Shown piece after piece: positions 29,662 through 36,975 of a stretch of 64,000 nucleotides of DNA. The position numbers and the translations under genes were made by a program. The notes under the pieces were generated by a model. That model saw only the letters and a program-made list of their open reading frames with translations, was not told the DNA's origin and searched no databases. Origin of the DNA: a virus (Duplodnaviria; Caudoviricetes); IMG/VR virus record IMGVR_UViG_2595698964_000001, positions 79,987 through 143,986 of that record; one strand, given 5' to 3'. Each line of letters starts with the position of its first letter. The first letter of the stretch is position 1.

Positions 29662-32355
29662 TTGATGGCTTTTAATGCGATTGAGGCAGAAAACTGTTGG
29701 GACGCTTACATGAAAACGTTGAAGTTGTTGCTAGACAACAACTTTGACGCTAGAAATGTGTTTTTGCAGATCAACAACACTGAGGACAACTACGTAACCT
29801 TTATGCCGCACGATACCGACCCCTTGTTTTGGTATCTGCGTGTGAACTCAGACACTATTGAAGGCGAACTTGGAATAGGTGTCGGTCTTGACGTTCGTTA
29901 TGACGCAAGACGGATGTCAAGAGTAAAAGGTCATGGAACAGCTGATTGGTCGTATCGCGGGGAAACTGGAAGAGCTCCGGAAGACCCTACGTTTTTGAAT
30001 GTTCTTATGGAAGAGGATGAAATCTTTCCAAACGCGAGTTATCAAGCAAACACACGAGTTGGAGGAAGAGGACAACTACATGCTGTTAAAGACTTGCTAA
30101 TGATGGACAAAGGTAGCGATAAAGGTATTGTAACTTTTTGGCATTACCAACGCGACCTCCTAGAGTATACTAGACGTAAGTATTTAAGTAAAAAGATTAT
30201 GGGAGACAAGAAGTGGAGTGATTCTCAGCATCAGCGGATTCCTTGTCCTACAACTTGGCATTTCTCTTATACGCCGGACGGGGTAACGAATAACGTGTAT
30301 AGTCGCTCTTTGATTTGGGATGGACATATTTATGATGACATGTTTCGATTCCCTGAGCCAGCTAAATGGATTGGAGGACACCTTAAAAAATCGTCTTCTG
30401 TTGCTACGTTTACAATTAGACGTCTTTGGCAGAAAAACTTTGGTAACGCTAAAGAACGTTGGAGAAGTCATTATGATTACTGGTCAAATCATAAATGGAT
30501 CAAAGACTATTTTGAACCAAGACAATTTGAGATATTCAAGAGCGCTGATGAGTTTGAGCTCGAATGGATGACAAAAGAGCTTGCGGAGCAAGATTACCGC
30601 CTAGGAGCTTTTGAAGATGGTGATCGGAAGCTTAAGAAACTTCAATCTCAGTATTACCGTGAATGGGTCAAAGCTATGAAGGTTGCGGATATGACAATTG
30701 CTCATAGGGTTCTTGGTCAGATGTTACAAAAAGGTATTGTTTCACGACCTACAAAACGAGCACTTGATTATGTAGACGCTTATACGTTAAAGCAAGCGAT
30801 ACTTGACATTGATGGGATTTTCCGAGTACAATGCGTACAGTGGGTTGTAAACTACATGTTACGAAGTGGAGACCCGTCTATGAACTATAAAGAGATTCTT
30901 GAAATCTTACCTGAGGAACTTCAAGAGCTCGTTCTTGTAGCCTCTTTGGGGAAAGTTAACAAGGTAGAAAAAGAGGGGATACTTTCCAAGATAAGTCCTG
31001 AAGTCTTAGCTATCTCTGACTATAACGATCTTGTTATCTCAACTAAACCTGTAACGACAACAATCAATCCTACACCGTCTTCAATACCAATACGTGTAGA
31101 TACTTCTGAGGAAGAGAGAGAAGAACCCGAGGACATAGAAGAGGTTGAGGAAGTTGAGGACAAAGCTTCTTCAGAAGAAGACGTCTCAAAATCAATATCT
31201 AAGATTATTGCATCAAACTATTCTGCTTTTACTGGCATGCTTAATAGCGAGGATGGTGTTAATAACTCCGACGACGAAGATGACGACGAAGACGACTTTG
31301 ATGTTACAGACGACGTTGATCCTGAACAATCTCTCGAAGATATGGTAAACTCTGTTGTAAATAATGGTACAGATTTAGACTTTGAGGATGAAGATGAAGA
31401 GGTTGAAACGGAAAGTAAACAACCTTCTAAACAGAGTGACGAGACTAACGTTGAGAGCGGCGAAGTTCTTCCTGTCGAGGGTATGTCTTTTGCGGAACTT
31501 TTAAAACTACAACTAGAAAACGAAAAAGAGGGGAAACCTACTGATGATGTTCCTACAACAGAAGAACCCGAAGTTGTTGAAGAGGAGGATGAAGACGTGC
31601 GTAAGCCGATTGTAGTCGATGGAGATAAACCAAACGTGTTCATCGCAGCTCCTTATGGAGGTTCAAGAGTTGACAAAACGCTTGGAGATCAGATCAATAA
31701 GGCTGCGGAGAATATAGACTATGTTTATTTCCCATTAGAGCCGTTCCATTATCGCGAGGTAAAAAGACATGGTACACAACTCGCTGTTGATGCTTGCGTG
31801 TCTAACGACATCCCTATGATAATGGAGACTCGCAAAGTAGTACCTGAATGGGCCATAGAGGCTTTAGCTAAACATAAGGATAGTGAACTCAGAGTACATC
31901 TAAACACTATGGATGATAATAAGTGGAAAACATTATACCCTAACAAAAAAGCAGACTCTCCGACAGCATTAATCAAGTCGTTCATTGACAGCTTTCAAGG
32001 AGTTGTGCACACTGTACTAAAAATATCCCCTATTGTGCCGGGGATCATAACCAAGAAGGATGTTCTTGACGTTATTGAGAAAATTCGAAATTGGACACCA
32101 ACGGTTCAGATTGGGTTTGCCTCCTTTACGGAAGACGAGTACGAAGCTTTGGATGGACTACTCGGAGACAAGGTTGACAAAGTCAAAAAATACTATTACA
32201 AAAAAGAAGGTAAATGGTTCGTTTCCGACGAATACAGAGAAGAGTTCCTTGGTTTTGTAAAAGAATTTTTGACTGGTTCGAAAATAAAACTTGAGGTGAT
32301 GACGGAAGCAGTCTTTGACGGCGAGGATGTCTCAACTATAAAAATAGAGGATTGA
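29662..32355 (+). CDS. Divergent thymidylate-synthase/dUMP-hydroxymethylase paralog fused via an acidic linker to a degenerate radical-SAM-like domain
   Basis: GQL..V..LL..DK.S.K.IVTFW, RIPC(195), VYSRS(216); C-terminal PYGG..., EPF..RE....TQ..V......IP....T, NTMD, SP, ISPIVPG pattern without CxxxCxxC. Confidence 0.7.
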   Translation: MMAFNAIEAENCWDAYMKTLKLLLDNNFDARNVFLQINNTEDNYVTFMPHDTDPLFWYLRVNSDTIEGELGIGVGLDVRYDARRMSRVKGHGTADWSYRGETGRAPEDPTFLNVLMEEDEIFPNASYQANTRVGGRGQLHAVKDLLMMDKGSDKGIVTFWHYQRDLLEYTRRKYLSKKIMGDKKWSDSQHQRIPCPTTWHFSYTPDGVTNNVYSRSLIWDGHIYDDMFRFPEPAKWIGGHLKKSSSVATFTIRRLWQKNFGNAKERWRSHYDYWSNHKWIKDYFEPRQFEIFKSADEFELEWMTKELAEQDYRLGAFEDGDRKLKKLQSQYYREWVKAMKVADMTIAHRVLGQMLQKGIVSRPTKRALDYVDAYTLKQAILDIDGIFRVQCVQWVVNYMLRSGDPSMNYKEILEILPEELQELVLVASLGKVNKVEKEGILSKISPEVLAISDYNDLVISTKPVTTTINPTPSSIPIRVDTSEEEREEPEDIEEVEEVEDKASSEEDVSKSISKIIASNYSAFTGMLNSEDGVNNSDDEDDDEDDFDVTDDVDPEQSLEDMVNSVVNNGTDLDFEDEDEEVETESKQPSKQSDETNVESGEVLPVEGMSFAELLKLQLENEKEGKPTDDVPTTEEPEVVEEEDEDVRKPIVVDGDKPNVFIAAPYGGSRVDKTLGDQINKAAENIDYVYFPLEPFHYREVKRHGTQLAVDACVSNDIPMIMETRKVVPEWAIEALAKHKDSELRVHLNTMDDNKWKTLYPNKKADSPTALIKSFIDSFQGVVHTVLKISPIVPGIITKKDVLDVIEKIRNWTPTVQIGFASFTEDEYEALDGLLGDKVDKVKKYYYKKEGKWFVSDEYREEFLGFVKEFLTGSKIKLEVMTEAVFDGEDVSTIKIED

Positions 32356-32378
32356 TTTTTCAATCCTCTTCTTTATTT
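32349..32378 (+). promoter_or_regulatory. Middle-type promoter overlapping a terminator-like hairpin
   Basis: GGATT-N18-TTTATTT; AGAGGATTGA/TCAATCCTCT inverted repeat. Confidence 0.55.
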
Positions 32379-32395
32379 ATCTTGGAGGTGCGTTT

Positions 32396-34309
32396 ATGAA
32401 GACAAAAGAAGAATTTCATAGAATTGAAATATCAAAGTTTACCGAAGACCTTAGAGAAGCTTTTGGTTACAAGATACAATATAGACAAGACCTTGTTCTT
32501 GTTAACATAAGAGGTTGTAATGGTGCTGGTAAATCTACTGTACCAATGCAAATGCTACAGACTGATCCTGGCGCGTTTATGTTGACACTAGATGGGAAAG
32601 ATAAGGCAACAGTATTTCCGTCTTATGGTTTTGTGGCTATGGGGAGGTACTTTAGTAAAACAGGAGGTCTTGATGGTTTTAAAAATAACGAAGAAACTCT
32701 TAAGGTACTTAAATTGTTATGGGAGTTGCCTTTTTCGATTATTATGGAGGGTGTAATCTCTTCCACGATATTCTCAACTTACTGCGATCTGTTTAAGGAG
32801 CTCGAACAAAGAAATAATCCAAAACGGGCGGTCGGTGTGTTGAACTTACTTCCCCCTTTCGAAGTCTGTCTAGAACGGATAAAAAAGAGAACGCCTGAAA
32901 AGTTTGATTCCATCAAGAAAGACCAGATAGAAGGTAAATGGCGAACAGTTAACAGGAACGCTCAAAAGTTTAGAGACGCCGGAGTAACTAGTTGGGATGA
33001 GGATAACTCTGTAATAGACATTAATGATACTGTTAGCTGGTTTTTCAGTTCGATTAAAAACAATTTACAGCCTGAATTTACGGGTTTAAGGTTAGGGGTT
33101 AGATTTCCTACAGAGGAACCTGTAAAAGCTCTTAAAAAGGCTGAGAAAGGGGTTAAAAGAGGTAAGAAAGGGAGGAAAACTAGTCCCGTAGCTAAAACCT
33201 TAGATGACAACGGAGATGGGGCGTTTCTTCGCTCGTTAAAACGCGAGATAAGACCTCACTGGGATCCCAAATATTTAAACACTCCAGACGACAACGTTAG
33301 ACTAAGACGAGACCCTGAGACAGGTCAAACTTTATGGGACATGTATTTTATAAACTTAGTCGAGAGACAGAACATATGGTACAGACGGGTTATACAAGGA
33401 AAGTCAAAACCTTGGACTGATGACCCTGTTATGTCAACGTACCACTTTACCAATGTTGACAGACGTCTTGACAGAGTGACCTTACATTACATCGACAAAG
33501 TTCTTTGTAATCTAGAGGACTCATATGAATCTAAGAAGTTTTTATTGTTAAACACTTTTATCTACAGGTTGTTCGTACGTCCTGAAACGACAGACGCTAT
33601 GGGTTATATCTTCCCCGAGACTTTTGAAGAAGATTGGGAAAGAGCTAAGGCAGCATTGAGAGCTCGTCGCGAGTCAGGAGAACCTGTGTTTACCGACGCG
33701 TATTTTGTAAATGACCTGAAATCAGCCAATCCAGATAGAGCTAACAGCAGTAACAAGACAGAGAATGCGATTCACTTGATTCAATTTATAATTGATCATC
33801 TTGACGAATTAGCTGAGTTCACGTTTAATCCTAAAAACAGCATGGAAGAAGTAATCGAGAAGTTTACGATGATACCAGCAGTAGGTAACTTTAATGCATA
33901 CGAGGTTGCGCTGGACTTAGGTATTGTAAAAGAGATGACAGGAATTGACTTTGTAGACTGGACGCCAGATCACTACGCAAACGTTGGCCCAGGTTGTAAG
34001 AAAGGTATCGAATATGTATTCGAAGACTTAGGTAATATGTCTCATTTAGACATCGTTTTCTTTATAACCAGTGTGTACAAAGGAGAATTAGAACGACTAG
34101 GACTTGAGTACAAATACCAAGAAGGTTGTAAGGAGCTCGATCTGAGGGCGCTTGAAGGTTGGTGTTGCGAGATGTCAAAATATTTCAATTACTACGCAAC
34201 AGAGCGAGGATACGACTGGGCAAAAGGGAAACGTCCTAAAAAGAAAATGAACCTGAGGACAGATGATGTAAGCTACCTTAATCCAAGAATAAGTAACCTT
34301 GTAAAATAA
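32396..34309 (+). CDS. P-loop kinase fused to 5-hydroxymethyl-dU DNA kinase (aGPT-Pplase1 family)
   Basis: N-terminal VNIRGCNGAGKST and IMEG; C-terminal ERQNIW.RR.....PWTDDPV...YHFTNVDR.LDR.T, GNFNAYE, VGPG..KG, EGWCCEMSKY. Confidence 0.88.
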   Translation: MKTKEEFHRIEISKFTEDLREAFGYKIQYRQDLVLVNIRGCNGAGKSTVPMQMLQTDPGAFMLTLDGKDKATVFPSYGFVAMGRYFSKTGGLDGFKNNEETLKVLKLLWELPFSIIMEGVISSTIFSTYCDLFKELEQRNNPKRAVGVLNLLPPFEVCLERIKKRTPEKFDSIKKDQIEGKWRTVNRNAQKFRDAGVTSWDEDNSVIDINDTVSWFFSSIKNNLQPEFTGLRLGVRFPTEEPVKALKKAEKGVKRGKKGRKTSPVAKTLDDNGDGAFLRSLKREIRPHWDPKYLNTPDDNVRLRRDPETGQTLWDMYFINLVERQNIWYRRVIQGKSKPWTDDPVMSTYHFTNVDRRLDRVTLHYIDKVLCNLEDSYESKKFLLLNTFIYRLFVRPETTDAMGYIFPETFEEDWERAKAALRARRESGEPVFTDAYFVNDLKSANPDRANSSNKTENAIHLIQFIIDHLDELAEFTFNPKNSMEEVIEKFTMIPAVGNFNAYEVALDLGIVKEMTGIDFVDWTPDHYANVGPGCKKGIEYVFEDLGNMSHLDIVFFITSVYKGELERLGLEYKYQEGCKELDLRALEGWCCEMSKYFNYYATERGYDWAKGKRPKKKMNLRTDDVSYLNPRISNLVK

Positions 34310-34336
34310 AAGAAGAGCCCTATAAGGGGCTCTTTT
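34308..34336. terminator. Bidirectional terminator between convergent genes
   Basis: AAAAG-AAGAGCCC-TATAAG-GGGCTCTT-TT, flanked by A and T runs. Confidence 0.85.
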
Positions 34337-34337
34337 G

Positions 34338-34706
34338 TTATGCGGACGGTGCTGCTGCGTCTTCTAACGCTTTTACTCTTGCTGCGAGTGCTGTGTAGTC
34401 TGATTTTAACTTACTAATATCAGACTTCGCTGTTGTAACATCGCTCTTAAGAGTAGCTACATCAGACTTAAGTGTTGTAACATCTGACTTCAAAGTGCCG
34501 ATGTCTGTTTTGTTTTTACTAACATCTGACTTTACAGTGTTTAGTGTTGAAGTCGTACTTGTTAACGTTTGTTCTAATCCATTTACTTTTGTCTCCAACG
34601 CCTCCAAGTCACCTTCTACTGGATCAGAGCTTTGTTTCTCAACGTCTGTTGCGCTGATCTTAAAAGCTGTTCCGAGCCCCGGAATATACTTTCTTGCGTC
34701 TTGCAT
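34338..34706 (-). CDS. Heptad-repeat coiled-coil protein (fibritin/fibre-like), counter-oriented
   Basis: RBS AAGGAAGGGG before ATG 34706; about 7 KSD/KTD heptads; C-terminal ALAARVKALE. Confidence 0.75.
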   Translation of the reverse strand: MQDARKYIPGLGTAFKISATDVEKQSSDPVEGDLEALETKVNGLEQTLTSTTSTLNTVKSDVSKNKTDIGTLKSDVTTLKSDVATLKSDVTTAKSDISKLKSDYTALAARVKALEDAAAPSA

Positions 34707-34780
34707 AATAACATCCCCTTCCTTGATTTTCCTGTACCATAATAACTGTCTTTTTACATTCAATGATGTTTTACATAAAA

Positions 34781-34811
34781 GGCGTAAACTTTGATTTTTA
34801 TTCTTTTATTG
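34781..34811 (+). promoter_or_regulatory. Phage middle-type promoter
   Basis: GGCGT-aaactttg-N10/11-TTTATT. Confidence 0.7.
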
Positions 34812-34840
34812 TTATGACTTACGAAAAGGAGGAAACTAAT

Positions 34841-35989
34841 TTGTATACTTTTTCTGGTAACAATCCGGCGCAGATTTACCTTGACGCCTTATACAAAATA
34901 CAAGAGGAAGGTGACAACGTATCACCTCGGGGGATGGAAGTAAAAGAAATTAGACCAGCGTCTATTGAGTATACTAACCCTCTTAACCGAGTTGTTTTTC
35001 TTGAAGGGAGAAAGATGAACCCATTTTTCTTAGGGATGGAGTCTCTCTGGATAGCTTGCGGGCGTTCTGACGTGGAGTTTCTTACAAAGTATAATAAAGG
35101 TATGGCAGCCTTTTCTGATGATGGTGAGTTCTTTAATGCTCCTTACGGACAAAGACTCCGCGCATGGAACACTAATTCTGTTAGCGGGTTTATCTTTAAC
35201 CCTATTGACCAGCTTATTGACGTGTATGAGAAGCTTAAAAAAGACAAGGACTCTAGACAGGCAGTGGCTTCGATTTATAACCCATTGTTTGACAACGTAA
35301 CCGTTGAAACGTTAGATCGTCCTTGTAACCTACAGCTAGTGTTTAAGATACGAAATGACAAACTTACATTAACGGTTTACAACCGAAGCAATGATATACA
35401 CTACGGAGTGTTCACTAATCTAGTACAGTTCTCTGTTTTACAAGAGCTAATGGCAGTTTGGTTGGGTGTAGGTGTTGGCGAGTATCATCAAGTTACTGAT
35501 TCACTTCATAACTATCTAAACGACTTTGGCGCGAAGGAAACAGAAAAAATATTCAACGCCTATCCGGAACATACGACCGTCCAAGAGTTTACTTTTGAGA
35601 ATGAACCTCGAATGTCAACGAGTTTTGAAGAGTTCGAAGCTATGCGATCTGTATTATTTGGTGGTTGGTTCTTTAAAGACTTACATCACGATGAAGCGTT
35701 TAAACAACCTAGAGTAAGAGAAAGCTTACTTACGGTAATTAAGTCTTTACCCGATGACTATTGGAGAAACATGTTATATGCTGCGTATGCTTATCGCGCC
35801 CATAAACTTGAAATCCCGGAAGAAGTTATTGTTGGGCTTGACAATATGGCTGATAGCTCTTGGAAAATGTCTTGTATTCATTTTCTTTATGAGAAGTACA
35901 AAGACAACTCTTTATTCCGGGAGTTATACGCTGATTGGTCTGAAGATAAAGTAAGATTCATCGAAGGTAAAAAACAAAGAAAATACTAA
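34841..35989 (+). CDS. dUMP hydroxymethylase (SPO1 gp29-like, thymidylate synthase family)
   Basis: VSPRG, FSDDG, YG.RLR, DQL, DSRQAV, RPCN, YNRSND, specificity Asn (VFTN), SLHNY; RBS AGGAGG with TTG 34841. Confidence 0.9.
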   Translation: MYTFSGNNPAQIYLDALYKIQEEGDNVSPRGMEVKEIRPASIEYTNPLNRVVFLEGRKMNPFFLGMESLWIACGRSDVEFLTKYNKGMAAFSDDGEFFNAPYGQRLRAWNTNSVSGFIFNPIDQLIDVYEKLKKDKDSRQAVASIYNPLFDNVTVETLDRPCNLQLVFKIRNDKLTLTVYNRSNDIHYGVFTNLVQFSVLQELMAVWLGVGVGEYHQVTDSLHNYLNDFGAKETEKIFNAYPEHTTVQEFTFENEPRMSTSFEEFEAMRSVLFGGWFFKDLHHDEAFKQPRVRESLLTVIKSLPDDYWRNMLYAAYAYRAHKLEIPEEVIVGLDNMADSSWKMSCIHFLYEKYKDNSLFRELYADWSEDKVRFIEGKKQRKY

Positions 35990-36001
35990 GGAGGAACTAA
36001 T

Positions 36002-36451
36002 ATGAGTCAAGAATATACAGTGGAACAAAAGATTAGGGAAATTCTAGAAGAGGCAACAGGATTTAAAAAAGCAGGAGTCACGCTTAATGAGGCGCGCGTA
36101 GAGAAGTTTATTGAGATGTTCAAACTCATGCCGTACTACTCTCCTGATATGGAGGTTCGTCGGGATAACGTATTGTTCTTGTTTGCAATGATGGATCTTG
36201 CCAACCTCCAGTATCGTAAGGAAGGTACTTATGGTAATAGTTGGGAACGTCGTAAAACGCATAGTATTTTTGCTAATGTAGCGCGAAAGTTTGATCGTGT
36301 GGAAACGATGGTTATTGATAACAAAGCTGACGAAGTGGGCGAGTCTTTACTCGATACGGTAGGAGATTTCACGACTTACGGAGGTCTCTGGGTTACGTAT
36401 CTTATGAGACAAAACCCGGAAGAGTACGCAAAATGGCAAGATTGGGAATAA
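36002..36451 (+). CDS. Nucleotide-modification-associated protein (DUF1599/Nmad1-like, all-alpha NTP pyrophosphatase fold)
   Basis: K..TYGNSW, RKFDR, ES..DT..D...Y pattern; adjacent to the hydroxymethylase. Confidence 0.7.
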   Translation: MSQEYTVEQKIREILEEATGFKKAGVTLNEARVEKFIEMFKLMPYYSPDMEVRRDNVLFLFAMMDLANLQYRKEGTYGNSWERRKTHSIFANVARKFDRVETMVIDNKADEVGESLLDTVGDFTTYGGLWVTYLMRQNPEEYAKWQDWE

Positions 36452-36550
36452 AATATTGAAATATCTCAATAAATCAGTGAATTACATTTTGATTTTACTC
36501 AAAAAGAGGGTATGATAACAGTAAACCGTGTTAACAAAGGAGTGCTGTAC

Positions 36551-36871
36551 ATGAGTAAAAAAGTCGAAATGTTGCATAAATCTGAAATCGCAGCTGCTAT
36601 GGCAGAGAAATCTGCGAAACTAAATAAAACCCTTGCTAAGGAGGCTCTAGAGGCTTTTGAAGAGGTTGCGTTGGAGACACTAAAGGCAGGTAAAGGAATC
36701 CAGCTCATCGGTCTTATGTCAATCTCTCCGAAAGCGAGACCGCCTAGAAAGGGTTATAACCCTCTTAACAAAGAGGAGCTTGATATTGAAGCCAAGGTTG
36801 GTGTTAAACTCGCTGCGGGCAAAGACCTTAAACGTGCAGTGGCTGAACTTGATTTTAATCAATTCATCTAA
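36551..36871 (+). CDS. HU/IHF-family DNA-binding protein (TF1-like)
   Basis: KSEIA, L..G..IQLIG, R.GYNP...E...I.A, K..AGK.LK.AV; next to the polymerase as in SPO1. Confidence 0.9.
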   Translation: MSKKVEMLHKSEIAAAMAEKSAKLNKTLAKEALEAFEEVALETLKAGKGIQLIGLMSISPKARPPRKGYNPLNKEELDIEAKVGVKLAAGKDLKRAVAELDFNQFI

Positions 36872-36884
36872 ATATTTTTTAATT

Positions 36885-36916
36885 GGAGCATGGTATTGTA
36901 CCATGCTCTTCTTTTT
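36885..36916 (+). terminator. Intrinsic terminator
   Basis: GGAGCATGGTA-TTG-TACCATGCTCT plus T run. Confidence 0.8.
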
Positions 36917-36946
36917 GGAGTAAACTTTGTAAAATTCTCTTTATTT
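36917..36946 (+). promoter_or_regulatory. Phage middle-type promoter
   Basis: GGAGT-aaactttg-N10-TTTATTT. Confidence 0.75.
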
Positions 36947-36975
36947 GTTGTAGTTACGACAAAGGAGGAGAAGCT

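Noticed and set aside
31218-31643. Ser-rich - strand ORF (and similar shadows at 21820, 26798, 29190, 37998)
   Set aside because: Reverse complements of acidic or basic + strand codons inside well-supported genes
29662-32355. Calling this ORF an active radical SAM enzyme or an ordinary thymidylate synthase
   Set aside because: No CxxxCxxC motif, and the canonical TS residues (RSxD Asp, specificity Asn, HxY) are replaced
34398-34535. 21-nt periodic repeat as a possible CRISPR or iteron array
   Set aside because: Degenerate at synonymous positions with no spacers; explained by protein heptads
34763-34840. Long N-terminal extensions in the ORF track for the hydroxymethylase (34763), polymerase (36883), TF1 (36512) and the 3054 ORF
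   Set aside because: These upstream starts lack an RBS and some overlap promoters or terminators; downstream starts have strong SD sequences
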